From IMG/VR virus record IMGVR_UViG_3300034095_002552, positions 16,077 through 80,076 of that record: a DNA stretch of 64,000 nucleotides, one strand, 5' to 3'. Position 1 is the first letter of the stretch, and each line of letters starts with the position of its first letter. Positions 1 to 9,497 of this stretch are shown piece by piece. The position numbers and the translations under genes are program-made. This DNA is from a virus. The notes below the pieces were generated by a model, which saw nothing but the letters and a program-made list of their open reading frames with translations, had not been told where the DNA came from and did not search any database.

Positions 1-1
1 T

Positions 2-400
2 AGAGATACAATTTTTGGATTTGCAAGAGGGATACCAGTAGATATATCTTACACCTTGAATGTTTGGACATTGTATCAAGAAGATATGAATCAAATTTTA
101 GAACAAATCTTGTTAAAATTTAGTCAAACTGCATATATAAAAGTGACAGGTGTGCCTTATGAGGTAATTGTAAAATTAGAATCTATTGCAAATAACTTGG
201 ACTACGAGCCAGGAGATCAAGCAATTAGAGTCATAAAATATCAGTTTAATATGACAACTGAGACATTTATACCTCAACCTATAAGCAGAAAGAAAGCAGT
301 CCTCAAAACCAAATTTGATTTTGTAGATGGGCTTAATGAAAATGAGATTAGTGAGGTTATGGCGAGATTGGAAGAGAATGTAAAGGAACTTAAATGTTAG
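2..400 (+). CDS. tail sheath stabilizer/terminator, T4 gp15-like (5'-truncated by the window)
   Basis: Frame is open from position 2 (RDTIFGFARGIPVDISYTLNVWTLYQEDMNQILEQILLKF), matching the gp15 pattern P-x-x-I-x-(Y/F)-x-L...D-M-x-Q-I-x-E-Q-I; lies just upstream of the sheath gene. Confidence 0.75.
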   Translation, partial: RDTIFGFARGIPVDISYTLNVWTLYQEDMNQILEQILLKFSQTAYIKVTGVPYEVIVKLESIANNLDYEPGDQAIRVIKYQFNMTTETFIPQPISRKKAVLKTKFDFVDGLNENEISEVMARLEENVKELKC

Positions 401-621
401 AGATAAAAAACACGCAAAGATTTCCAGTCCAACTTATCATACGATCAAGAAAGGCACCACGCTCTTTCACGGTTTTAAATATTCCCGGCATTGGAGGCGG
501 AAAAAATATTTTTTTGCTAGAAGATGAAAGGGCAACTGAGTATATAGACAGAGCAGTTAATGACGGATTGATTTCTGTCAGGCAAATATCAAACAATATT
601 ATGTTAACAAAGGGAGAATAA
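394..621 (+). CDS. hypothetical protein in tail operon
   Basis: 75-aa ORF with AAGGA RBS, packed between the gp15-like and sheath genes. Confidence 0.7.
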   Translation: MLEIKNTQRFPVQLIIRSRKAPRSFTVLNIPGIGGGKNIFLLEDERATEYIDRAVNDGLISVRQISNNIMLTKGE

Positions 622-625
622 GACT

Positions 626-3001
626 ATGGCAATATTAAGAGGGTTTCCTCCATCGAACACAATCAGTCCTAGCGTTAGAATTGCTGAAAAAGATTTAAGC
701 TATGTAGCACCAGAACAAACACTTCATCGTGCCGCACTTATTGGTTTTGCTAGCAAAGGCCCAGTAAATATTCCTACGATTATTTCTAATAGTCGTGCGT
801 TAAGAACCATATTTGGAAATCCTCATCCTCAAAGCGGAGATCCATATTTGATCTACGCAGCAGAACAATACCTCTTGGTAGCAAATGAACTTTATATTGT
901 TCGTGTTGCTGATACCGATCCAGTAAGTGATGAATGTGCAACAATAGCAGAAGTTGATGTTCCTGCTGCTGGTACAATCATTAATGTCATCTCTGATACC
1001 GCTGGACCTTATGTTTTCGATCAAGACTCCTTCTTCCGATGGAGATTAAATGGTGTTCTCAGCAATAAAACCTTAGTAGTGTTGGAAAATCACCCTGTCT
1101 ATGGTGTTAACTATTCTGTTGAAGAATTAGTGACTACCCTTAATGATCAACTTGATATTGACAATGATGGTATTGAATTTTACAAAAGTGCTACAGACAC
1201 AATTGCAGTGAGAACAGTTTGGGCATATGGCCCAGAAGCCGAATTTGAATTGGTCTCAGTACAAAATGCTATCTATGGTGGTGCAGTAATTGATGGCAAT
1301 CCAACTGGTCTTGGAACCGGAATGACTCAAGCAACCACAACTGGATCTATGGAAATGTATCCTGATGTTGCTTATCAAACCCCAGGCGATTATGATTTCA
1401 CTGGTCTTACTGGACTTAATATTCAGTTGGTTTTAGACGGAACAGACAATGTTTTAATTGATAATGTTGTTCAAGTAATTAGTTTGGAAGACTTTGAAGG
1501 TGGCGTAGCTGATATTGATAATATTATAACCAACATTAACAATCAACGAGTTTCTGGTGGCGGTACACTTCCGGGCGGTTGGATTGTAGAAAAAGTTGGA
1601 GATGGTAATTTAAAGATTTCTACATTACATCATGGTCGTGATGCTCGTTTTCGCATTAAGCCAGATAGCACAGCAGCAGGAATATTCGGACTATCTACCT
1701 TAACAAAATCTGGAGATAGCCCTAGTGGTGTAACTGGTAATACTGCTAGTGAAAGTTATGGCAGAATTAATGGTGGTGTTAACGATGGCACAATGACCTT
1801 TACCATTACCGCAGAAACTGTTGGTATAGATGGCGATTATACTCAAGTTGTAGTCAAGACTAATACTCGTGATTCTAATTGGATATTTGAAGTTTATAAT
1901 AATGGCGCACAAGTTGAATCTTGGGGTCAGCTTACAAAAAATGACACTAGCACATTCTATGTCGGAAGCTATCTCTCTCTTGTTTCTGACTATATTCGTG
2001 TAATTGATAATACTGCGACTACTGCTGGTCCTGCTGATGGTACTTATGACCTTACAGGTGGTTCAGATGGTATTCCTTCTGATCCAGATAAACAAGACTC
2101 TTTGTTGATCGGTAGTTCTGTTGGATATAATGGGATCTATGCAGTAAGTGAATCAGAACAAATTGATATCGATCTTATCGCAGTTCCGGGTCATAGTAGC
2201 ACAAGCGTTGTGACCGAACTTTTATATATGTGTCAAAACTTCCGTCAAGATTGTATGGCTATTATCGATAGTCCATTTGGTCTAACTGTAAGTGAAATCG
2301 TGTCATGGCAGAATGGAACTCATCCTTTGAACTCCACACGATTTGATAGTGATTTTGGTGCCTTGTACTGGCCTTGGGTTAAAATTCGTGACAATTACAA
2401 TCGTGTAGATGTATGGTGTCCACCTAGTGGATCTGTAATGGCAGTATATGCTAGAAGTGATAGTTTAGCTCGCCCTTGGTTTGCTCCAGCAGGTTTACTC
2501 AGAGGTTTGGTTCCAAACATTACTGATGTATACGCTAGACCAACTCAGGAAGAAAGAGACTTAATGTATGGTTATAGAAACTGTATTAATCCTATTATTA
2601 CATTTGCCGATACAGATGGTTTCGTTGTTTGGGGCCAAAAAACTATGCAACGAAGACCTACTGCTCTTGATAGGGTAAATGTTCGCAGAATGATGTTTTA
2701 TATTGAAAAGCAAATTAAAACTAGAAGCAAGGGATTGTTGTTTGATCCACATGATGATGTGTTCACAAGCAACTTTATCAGTCTTGCCACTAAAGTTCTT
2801 CAAGAAGTTCAAACGGCTAGAGGCATAACGGCATTTATCGTGAAAGCTGATGCTGAACTTAATACTTCTGATGTAATAGATAGAAATGAATTTAGGGCTA
2901 GAATTGGTGTTCAGCCTACAAGAGCAGTTGAATTTATGTTCCTTGAATTTAGTATTCATCGAACTGGTAGTAACTTTAGTGAAACTACTGACGCATTCTA
3001 A
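626..3001 (+). CDS. contractile tail sheath protein (gp18-like)
   Basis: N-terminal SPSVRIAEKDLS and GFASKGPVN; C-terminal YWPW, PPSG, WFAPAGLLRG, INPI, VWGQKT, DRVNVRR, QPTRAVEF. Confidence 0.97.
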   Translation: MAILRGFPPSNTISPSVRIAEKDLSYVAPEQTLHRAALIGFASKGPVNIPTIISNSRALRTIFGNPHPQSGDPYLIYAAEQYLLVANELYIVRVADTDPVSDECATIAEVDVPAAGTIINVISDTAGPYVFDQDSFFRWRLNGVLSNKTLVVLENHPVYGVNYSVEELVTTLNDQLDIDNDGIEFYKSATDTIAVRTVWAYGPEAEFELVSVQNAIYGGAVIDGNPTGLGTGMTQATTTGSMEMYPDVAYQTPGDYDFTGLTGLNIQLVLDGTDNVLIDNVVQVISLEDFEGGVADIDNIITNINNQRVSGGGTLPGGWIVEKVGDGNLKISTLHHGRDARFRIKPDSTAAGIFGLSTLTKSGDSPSGVTGNTASESYGRINGGVNDGTMTFTITAETVGIDGDYTQVVVKTNTRDSNWIFEVYNNGAQVESWGQLTKNDTSTFYVGSYLSLVSDYIRVIDNTATTAGPADGTYDLTGGSDGIPSDPDKQDSLLIGSSVGYNGIYAVSESEQIDIDLIAVPGHSSTSVVTELLYMCQNFRQDCMAIIDSPFGLTVSEIVSWQNGTHPLNSTRFDSDFGALYWPWVKIRDNYNRVDVWCPPSGSVMAVYARSDSLARPWFAPAGLLRGLVPNITDVYARPTQEERDLMYGYRNCINPIITFADTDGFVVWGQKTMQRRPTALDRVNVRRMMFYIEKQIKTRSKGLLFDPHDDVFTSNFISLATKVLQEVQTARGITAFIVKADAELNTSDVIDRNEFRARIGVQPTRAVEFMFLEFSIHRTGSNFSETTDAF

Positions 3002-3023
3002 TTTTTAAAAGGAGAATTTTAAA

Positions 3024-3662
3024 ATGGCAAATATGGATTTGGGAATTTTAGCTTCCGACCCACAACTAGTTTTTAAAAGAAAATATAGATGGACTTTTGC
3101 ACTAAGGTGGAACGGTCAAGACATCCCAGAAAACTTTGTTAAATTGGCAAGTCGTCCCAACTTGACAATCGAAGAAACGGAAATCAATTACCTTCATGGT
3201 AAAATGTGGATTCCTGGTAAAGCAACTTGGGAAAGCATTACTGTAACATTCTATGATGTTGCAAGTAATAGCACTAACAGCATTACCCCTCTTTATTCGT
3301 GGCTTGCATCAATCTACAATTTTCAATCTCAGAGTCCTTCCGATTCCATGAAACAGACTACCATTCAAGGTAGTTCTGAGACTGGTGGCTGGTCTGGTTC
3401 TGGTAAGTTGACAATGTATGATGGTTGTGGCAACCCTATGGAAACATGGCATTTAGATGGTGTATGGCCATCTGCTATCAACTTTGGTGATCTCGACTAT
3501 AGCTCTTCAGAAGAAGCAACTGTAGAATGCACCTTGCGTTACTATAAAGCTCGTTACGAAGCTAGAGGCTGTACTCGTCCTCCTCAACCAGTTTGTATTG
3601 GTTGCGGCCCTGGTGGTGCTGCTGGTAGTCCTTTTGCAAATGGTGCTGGCCCAATAATCTAA
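3024..3662 (+). CDS. tail tube protein (gp19-like)
   Basis: KRKYRW, RPNLTIEETEINYL, PGKATWESITVTFYD, WPSAINFGDLDYS; directly follows the sheath gene. Confidence 0.92.
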   Translation: MANMDLGILASDPQLVFKRKYRWTFALRWNGQDIPENFVKLASRPNLTIEETEINYLHGKMWIPGKATWESITVTFYDVASNSTNSITPLYSWLASIYNFQSQSPSDSMKQTTIQGSSETGGWSGSGKLTMYDGCGNPMETWHLDGVWPSAINFGDLDYSSSEEATVECTLRYYKARYEARGCTRPPQPVCIGCGPGGAAGSPFANGAGPII

Positions 3663-3703
3663 TCAAACTTTTTATAAATTTTATAAAATCCTTTTAAAAA
3701 TTT

Positions 3704-3742
3704 ATAAGCTCCATATCTTTTATAGATATGGAGCTTATTTTA
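3704..3742 (+). terminator. intrinsic terminator between the two tube genes
   Basis: Perfect 15-bp inverted repeat ATAAGCTCCATATCT (3704-3718) / AGATATGGAGCTTAT (3724-3738) followed by a T run. Confidence 0.75.
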
Positions 3743-3759
3743 CATAAGGCGGAATAATT

Positions 3760-4260
3760 ATGGCTCAAATCATGGGATTTGATTTTGGACTTGAAAAAAC
3801 AGACACATGCTTCAAAAGAAAAAATAGATGGTTATTAAAAATACCAGATGTTTCTGCTACTGGTGTCGATACATTGCCTCCGACTAAATCTGCAAGACCT
3901 AGTTTGACCTATAAAACTATAGAAGCACAGCACATGCAAGAAACAATTTACTTTCCAGCAAAGCCAGAATGGAAGCCAATAACTTTAACTCTATTTGATC
4001 TTAAGAAAAATGAAAATCCTATTATAACATGGATCAAACTTATTTATCCAGCAGAAGCAACCAAAGGTAGAGGAGAAGGTTATAAAAAAGATGCAACTCT
4101 TGAACTTTATGATGGGTGTGGAGAAGTAATTGAAAAATGGGTATTTGAAAATACATTTATTGAAAATGTAGAATTTGGAGAATTAGATCATAGCGATGCA
4201 GGTGTTATCTATATAGACCTTACGCTAAGATATGACAGAGCTTATTACGAGCCAGTCTAA
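3760..4260 (+). CDS. second tail-tube-like protein
   Basis: Paralogous to 3024..3662: FKRKNRW, RPSL, KPEWKPITLTLFD, LYDGCG, FGELD, LTLRYD. Confidence 0.85.
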   Translation: MAQIMGFDFGLEKTDTCFKRKNRWLLKIPDVSATGVDTLPPTKSARPSLTYKTIEAQHMQETIYFPAKPEWKPITLTLFDLKKNENPIITWIKLIYPAEATKGRGEGYKKDATLELYDGCGEVIEKWVFENTFIENVEFGELDHSDAGVIYIDLTLRYDRAYYEPV

Positions 4261-4514
4261 TCATCTTCTTCATCTTCGGAACTAGAAAAATAAAGATCAT
4301 TTTTTAGAATATCTTTACAAGCTTCTAAGGCCTGTTCTAATTCTTTAGGCTTCCAGCCAAGAACTCTACAAGCTCCACTTTTGTTAAGTCTTCCCTTTTT
4401 GGTATACACATCTTTTTCATTACTAAGCAAAGCATCTATTAAAGGTGCGTATCCTTTGCCTATAAGTTTGTCAATTAACTCTTGCTTTTCCAACTGTTCA
4501 ATTAAATTGCTCAT
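4257..4514 (-). CDS. hypothetical protein (possible HTH)
   Basis: 85-aa ORF; LNKSGACRVLGWKPKELEQAL is HTH-like; acidic tail. Confidence 0.6.
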   Translation of the reverse strand: MSNLIEQLEKQELIDKLIGKGYAPLIDALLSNEKDVYTKKGRLNKSGACRVLGWKPKELEQALEACKDILKNDLYFSSSEDEEDD

Positions 4515-4522
4515 TTAGTGAC

Positions 4523-4558
4523 CTATAAATAGTGGCGTACAATATCCACTATTTATAG
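4523..4558. promoter_or_regulatory. 13-bp perfect inverted repeat, each arm carrying TATAAATA (T4 late promoter consensus)
   Basis: CTATAAATAGTGG (4523-4535), 10-nt loop, CCACTATTTATAG (4546-4558). Confidence 0.6.
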
Positions 4559-4588
4559 TATATGTACTATAAAAATAATTTTCAATAT

Positions 4589-5176
4589 TTACCTATCAGA
4601 ATAATTGTTTTTATAATTTCCTTTGTTTTGCTTATTAGACACATGAACTTGTTCTACGCTAATGCTCAAATGCTCATGATACTTTCTTTTAAGCTCATTG
4701 TAATTCCTAGCTGTTCTATACAATTGTCTAAAATGATTTATTATACATGTTGTCATATAGTTAAATGCTTTTCCTTTACTTGGGTCAAAGCGATCAACTT
4801 TTTCAAAACATATCATAACACCTTCTTGGATAGCATCATCTGCATCAATAAGATTGAATTTTCTATATCTAACAATATTTTCAGATAGCAAGTAAAAAGC
4901 TATTGTTAGATCTACTTGCAAATCATTATATTTTTTTAAATATTCATTAAATCCTTTTTCAATAGAATCCCATGCTTCTGGTTTTTCGAATGTGGTTCTT
5001 TTTGAAGTTCTTTTTTCAGTTTCTTTTATTTCTTCAAGAAGTGTTTCAAATTTAACTTTATTTCTTTTAATTGTTATAAACTTTGATATTAAAGACTCAA
5101 AATTTTTATTGTTAAGATATTCATTGGCCATTAAGCTCCTTATATTTTTTTTATTTTTACATTCATTAATTTCCAC
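4589..5176 (-). CDS. late-transcription sigma factor, T4 gp55-like
   Basis: YLNNKNF near the N-terminus and DAIQEGVMICFEKVDRFDPSKGKAFNYMTTCIINHF (sigma region 2); no region 4. Confidence 0.8.
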   Translation of the reverse strand: MEINECKNKKNIRSLMANEYLNNKNFESLISKFITIKRNKVKFETLLEEIKETEKRTSKRTTFEKPEAWDSIEKGFNEYLKKYNDLQVDLTIAFYLLSENIVRYRKFNLIDADDAIQEGVMICFEKVDRFDPSKGKAFNYMTTCIINHFRQLYRTARNYNELKRKYHEHLSISVEQVHVSNKQNKGNYKNNYSDR

Positions 5177-6053
5177 TCTTCCATTCTTCTATTCTTTCTA
5201 ACGCCTCAGTTCTGGCTTTGTCATACCATTTGTTTGCTAAACTAAAATAGGAATCACTGTATAATTTTCCAGATGTAAAACTTCTAAAATGATCAATATT
5301 TTCGTCATTCGTTCTTTTAAAGTTTTTTTCACTACCAACTAAGTGTGGTTTTATATCGTTTTGCTTAAGTATATAATTGCCAAGTAATTCTGTATCTGGC
5401 CAACATGGACGATTTGGATTTGGCTTGCTATCTTTAATTCCAAATATGTTACAAAGCCTCCTTAAAGACCATCCGAATCCAATTTTATCCATAGTTGACA
5501 TATGATACATGGTTGCGGTATGAGAAACCATTCCCTTCCAATCATTGTGCGCACGAGGAGATATTTCATACCCAACAACTGGTGATTCTTTTTTGCAAAG
5601 TTCAATAAAATTTTCCAGTAAGTTTTTTCTTTTAATAAACACATCTGCATGTGTTGCAAACAAAAAATTATTTCTGCACATAGAAAATGCAAGGTCCATG
5701 GCAATGGCTGGGAAGTCGCTTGGGTGACATACTCCGTTGAATCTTAAGGAATGTACCTCCAAATCATCGCTACGAAGACTGGTGATTTTGTTAAGCTCTT
5801 GATCTGTACTTCCAGTATCGATTACTATTATAAATGGAGATACTGTTTGTCTCCTTAGTAATTCCACACATATGTTTAATTGTTCGTATGTGTCAAGGAC
5901 TGGTATTACAGCACACACTTGATAATCCCATGGTTTTTTCGGACAATTGCCTTCCCATGGAGCTTCAAAACTTGGTTTATTTCTTACAGGTGCATAATCA
6001 AAATTCATGAAATTACTCGATATATTTTTAGGAATTATTGAAAATCCACACAT
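5166..6053 (-). CDS. glycosyltransferase family 2
   Basis: AVIPVLD...IIVIDTGSTD...FATHADVF GT-A pattern. Confidence 0.8.
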   Translation of the reverse strand: MCGFSIIPKNISSNFMNFDYAPVRNKPSFEAPWEGNCPKKPWDYQVCAVIPVLDTYEQLNICVELLRRQTVSPFIIVIDTGSTDQELNKITSLRSDDLEVHSLRFNGVCHPSDFPAIAMDLAFSMCRNNFLFATHADVFIKRKNLLENFIELCKKESPVVGYEISPRAHNDWKGMVSHTATMYHMSTMDKIGFGWSLRRLCNIFGIKDSKPNPNRPCWPDTELLGNYILKQNDIKPHLVGSEKNFKRTNDENIDHFRSFTSGKLYSDSYFSLANKWYDKARTEALERIEEWKSGN

Positions 6054-6148
6054 TCCTAGATTTTACAATGAACTTCACATGCATTATAATAAAAATAACT
6101 TACAAAATGAAGCCGAAGCGTTAAGATTACTTTTAAAGACAAAATTTC

Positions 6149-7105
6149 ATGAAAAACTTGACAATAGTGGTAACAGTACATAATGATATTGAAAATCTCG
6201 AAGCATGTCTGAATTCTTGCAACAATATTGAATGTGACATATTGGTTGGGATAACATCAAATAACAGTAAAGCGTTTGATATTGCTGATAATTTCACTAA
6301 ATCCATAAGTTATATTGGATTTGATAATGATTTCAGCAAGGCTAAAAATGATCTTTTAAATATTGTAAAAAGTAATTGGGTTTTATTTTTAGAATCACAT
6401 GAAATAATAGTCAGAGGACATGAAGAGATATCAGATATTTGCAATGGAGAAGGATGTTACAGAATAAATTTAATACAAGATCAAATCATTACAAAACCAA
6501 TAAGACTTTGGAGTATAAATAAAAATTTACATTTTAAAAATCCAGTTTATGAAAATATAAAATATAATGCTAGTTTTTCAAATATTTATATAAAGTCAAG
6601 CCCTTACAATGATCTAGAATTAAATTTAAAAATTTTACAAAAGTGGCAGGAAAGATTGCCATTAGCATTAGAGCCAATTTATTACAAAAGTTGTATTTTT
6701 CTTTCTCAAAATAAATGGGATGATTATATCAATACTGCAAATCATTTTTTATTCAAAGAAACAAACCATTCAATTTCTCATGTAATGACAAAATATTATT
6801 TAGGCATAGTTTATTGTTATGTCAAAAAAGATTATCAAAATTCTATAAAATGTGCATTAGAATGCTTGATTGAAAAACCATTAATGGCAGAATTTTGGTG
6901 TTTATTGGGAGATATTTATTATTCGTTAGATAGATACGAAAAGGCATATCACTTTTATGAAAATGCAAAAATATTAGGATCTAGAAGATTAAAAAATGAC
7001 GAGTGGCCATTTCAATTAGATAAATATAAAGCAACACCAGAAAAAATGATGTTAAGTTGCCAAAAAATGATTAATGATTCTAAAAATTATATGATCAATA
7101 AATGA
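6149..7105 (+). CDS. GT2-like glycosyltransferase with C-terminal TPR repeats
   Basis: LTIVVTVHN..LEACLNS, DNDFSKAKNDLL..WVLFLESHE (degenerate DxD), AEFWCLLGDIYY TPR. Confidence 0.75.
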   Translation: MKNLTIVVTVHNDIENLEACLNSCNNIECDILVGITSNNSKAFDIADNFTKSISYIGFDNDFSKAKNDLLNIVKSNWVLFLESHEIIVRGHEEISDICNGEGCYRINLIQDQIITKPIRLWSINKNLHFKNPVYENIKYNASFSNIYIKSSPYNDLELNLKILQKWQERLPLALEPIYYKSCIFLSQNKWDDYINTANHFLFKETNHSISHVMTKYYLGIVYCYVKKDYQNSIKCALECLIEKPLMAEFWCLLGDIYYSLDRYEKAYHFYENAKILGSRRLKNDEWPFQLDKYKATPEKMMLSCQKMINDSKNYMINK

Positions 7106-7481
7106 TATCCAAATCATTAACAATTACAGTCACTTGATCTTCATATCTTGTTATAGCTATTTGTTTTCTACCAGTGCTTAATTTTTTTAATTTAGATTCC
7201 AATTCATCAATAGAACAATTTATTACAGACCAATTATTATCGGCAAGTTTATTTATTTCTTCTGTTATATTTGAAATTTCTTTATTAGGGAAATAGTTTT
7301 TTACTTGATCTCTACATTCTGTAATTATTTTTTTATACAAAGGAAGATTACAAGCACATCCAGGGTTCCTTGTGTATTTTTGCACATCTTCATTTAAAGA
7401 AGAAGGCAGGGATTCTCTAAATCTAGAATCTTTAAGGGCTTGCTTTATATCAATTAATGTCACTGTCTTGATTTGGCTCAT
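7095..7481 (-). CDS. hypothetical protein (CxC motif)
   Basis: 128-aa ORF containing NPGCACN. Confidence 0.65.
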   Translation of the reverse strand: MSQIKTVTLIDIKQALKDSRFRESLPSSLNEDVQKYTRNPGCACNLPLYKKIITECRDQVKNYFPNKEISNITEEINKLADNNWSVINCSIDELESKLKKLSTGRKQIAITRYEDQVTVIVNDLDIIY

Positions 7482-7704
7482 TGTATCTCGTTATAAAAAT
7501 TATTCTTCCGCATTTCGGGCATTTTATTTTACTTTTACCCTTTTTTTCAGGAGAAGGCTCAGTTTTTTTTGTTAATGGATTATACTTTGGAATGTTGGAT
7601 TGAAAATCAACACTTTTCATTATTGAAAGTTCATGAATGTTTTCGTCATTTATAAGTTTTTTATAATGACACATCTGACAATAAGCTTGATATTGATATT
7701 TCAT
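7450..7704 (-). CDS. zinc-ribbon protein
   Basis: CQMC...CPKCG. Confidence 0.65.
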   Translation of the reverse strand: MKYQYQAYCQMCHYKKLINDENIHELSIMKSVDFQSNIPKYNPLTKKTEPSPEKKGKSKIKCPKCGRIIFITRYNEPNQDSDIN

Positions 7705-7706
7705 TT

Positions 7707-8060
7707 TTAATTACTATCTGGCATGTTTACGATGGTTGCTGCTTCAATCCAATTCAAAATCATGGCTGCAAAATTAGAAATAAAACCACCAGCACAACCA
7801 CTTGCAAAAATTTTCAAAAAGAAATCCAAATCATAAGTCTTATCCATCCAGATAAAACCCATAAAAAAACCACACCAAGTGCCACAACACATATAGCACT
7901 CGACAATTTCGCCAATTTTAGGCAATTTCATCATATCGCAATATTTTTTAAAACTTTCTCTAAATCCAGAAAGTAAAGAACTATCAACAATAATGTGGCA
8001 CATGCCAATTGTTGAAATTAAAAACATAAAAAATTCTTGCATTTTCATCTCCAAAAACAA
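7707..8060 (-). CDS. DUF1360-like membrane protein
   Basis: Hydrophobic helices around CYMCCGTW (CxxCxxxW). Confidence 0.6.
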   Translation of the reverse strand: MFLEMKMQEFFMFLISTIGMCHIIVDSSLLSGFRESFKKYCDMMKLPKIGEIVECYMCCGTWCGFFMGFIWMDKTYDLDFFLKIFASGCAGGFISNFAAMILNWIEAATIVNMPDSN

Positions 8061-8407
8061 ATAGAAACTTGATTTTTGTTTCTTGTAATAAAGAAATCTT
8101 TGTAATTATCATACTTACAAAGAGTTTGTTCAATAGCACTTTTGTCTAATGATACACAAATTAAAATATTATGATCTATTTTATCAATTAATATTGTTTC
8201 TCCAAAATATTTTTCCAATTTGCTTATATGATTGTCATTTAATTGCTCCATGAAATTGATTACTGCTCTTTTTCCAATATCTCTCATGCCCAATGCCTTT
8301 TGAGACAAGCACCATTGATTGTAAAAATTTTTTAACTCTGGGATGTGTTCCCAAATCTTTTTGTCGTAAAAAATAATTTTTTCAATATTTTGAATATTTA
8401 TTTCCAT
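8045..8407 (-). CDS. hypothetical protein
   Basis: 120-aa ORF heading a packed minus-strand operon. Confidence 0.6.
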   Translation of the reverse strand: MEINIQNIEKIIFYDKKIWEHIPELKNFYNQWCLSQKALGMRDIGKRAVINFMEQLNDNHISKLEKYFGETILIDKIDHNILICVSLDKSAIEQTLCKYDNYKDFFITRNKNQVSICFWR

Positions 8408-8459
8408 GATACTATTTTAAGACAATAAGGTTATATTTAGCAATATTTAGGAGATTAAA

Positions 8460-9497
8460 ATGGCGGACGATACATTTAGACCACAACGAGCAGAAGGTGC
8501 TACACCACCACCAGTAAACATTACTGGCAATGTTCCCCAAGAGTTTATTCAAGCTATAAACCAACAAGCAGAAAAACAGCAAACCCCAGAATCTTCTTTG
8601 CAAAAGCCAAATCAAAATTTTAGTTCTATAAGAGATAGAGAAAATGCGAACGCAAATGCACCGCAACGACCTACACAAGTGTCACAAGGTCAATCTGGTC
8701 ATCTTAAAGAACTTCTTGAAGGATTGAAGGGTTCCACCTCTCAATACGAAGAAATCTTATTGCCGTCTAAGGGCAAATTTTATGACGGCACAAATGGTCC
8801 TTCCGATGGTATTATCAATTTGCGACCAATGACTGGAGAAGAGGAACAAATTTTAGCCACTCCAAGATTTGTCCGCAAAGGACAAGCCATTAATATGATT
8901 TTCCAAAAATGTATTAAAGAAAACTTTAAGGTAGAAAACTTTTTGACTGTTGATCGAACTTATATGCTTTTGTATCTTCGTGGTATTTCATATTCGACAA
9001 GTTACGACATTGAAGTTAAATGCCCTGAGTGTTCATCAAAATTTGGCACAAACATCGATTTAAGTTCTTTGTATGTGAATCATTGTCCTGTAGAGTATGG
9101 CCCAATTCTTGAAGATGTACTTCCAAACACCAAGTTGAAGTTCCATTATAAATTGTCAACTGGTAGAGATGAGCAGGAAATCAATGAGTATCGTGAACGC
9201 AGGATGAAGCAATTTGGAGATAGTGCATCAGATGATACTTTAACTCATCGAACCGCACAATTGCTAGAAGACATTGATGGAATCAATGACAAATCAGAAT
9301 TGCAAATACTTTTAAAGAATTTGCCAATTAGCGATGTATCCTATATTCGCAGTGTAATCAATGAGCCTCCTTTTGGCGTGGATACAAACATTGAAATCAA
9401 TTGCCCAAGTTGCACCGCTGAATTCTCTATTGATCTGCCACTTGAATCAAATTTTTTCTTCCCCCGGAGGAAGAGGGAAAAGAACACCCTAGCCTAA
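8460..9497 (+). CDS. baseplate hub / tail assembly chaperone, T4 gp26-like
   Basis: LPSKG..Y, LRPMTGEEEQIL, DRTYMLLYLRGISY, CPEC and CPSC, ending LPLESNFFFP; strong AGGAG RBS. Confidence 0.8.
   Translation: MADDTFRPQRAEGATPPPVNITGNVPQEFIQAINQQAEKQQTPESSLQKPNQNFSSIRDRENANANAPQRPTQVSQGQSGHLKELLEGLKGSTSQYEEILLPSKGKFYDGTNGPSDGIINLRPMTGEEEQILATPRFVRKGQAINMIFQKCIKENFKVENFLTVDRTYMLLYLRGISYSTSYDIEVKCPECSSKFGTNIDLSSLYVNHCPVEYGPILEDVLPNTKLKFHYKLSTGRDEQEINEYRERRMKQFGDSASDDTLTHRTAQLLEDIDGINDKSELQILLKNLPISDVSYIRSVINEPPFGVDTNIEINCPSCTAEFSIDLPLESNFFFPRRKREKNTLA

Noticed and set aside
786-2959. Minus-strand ORFs inside the sheath gene, and similar antisense ORFs inside pyrG, nrdJ, recA and the helicases
   Set aside because: Fully nested opposite well-supported genes and lacking recognisable motifs
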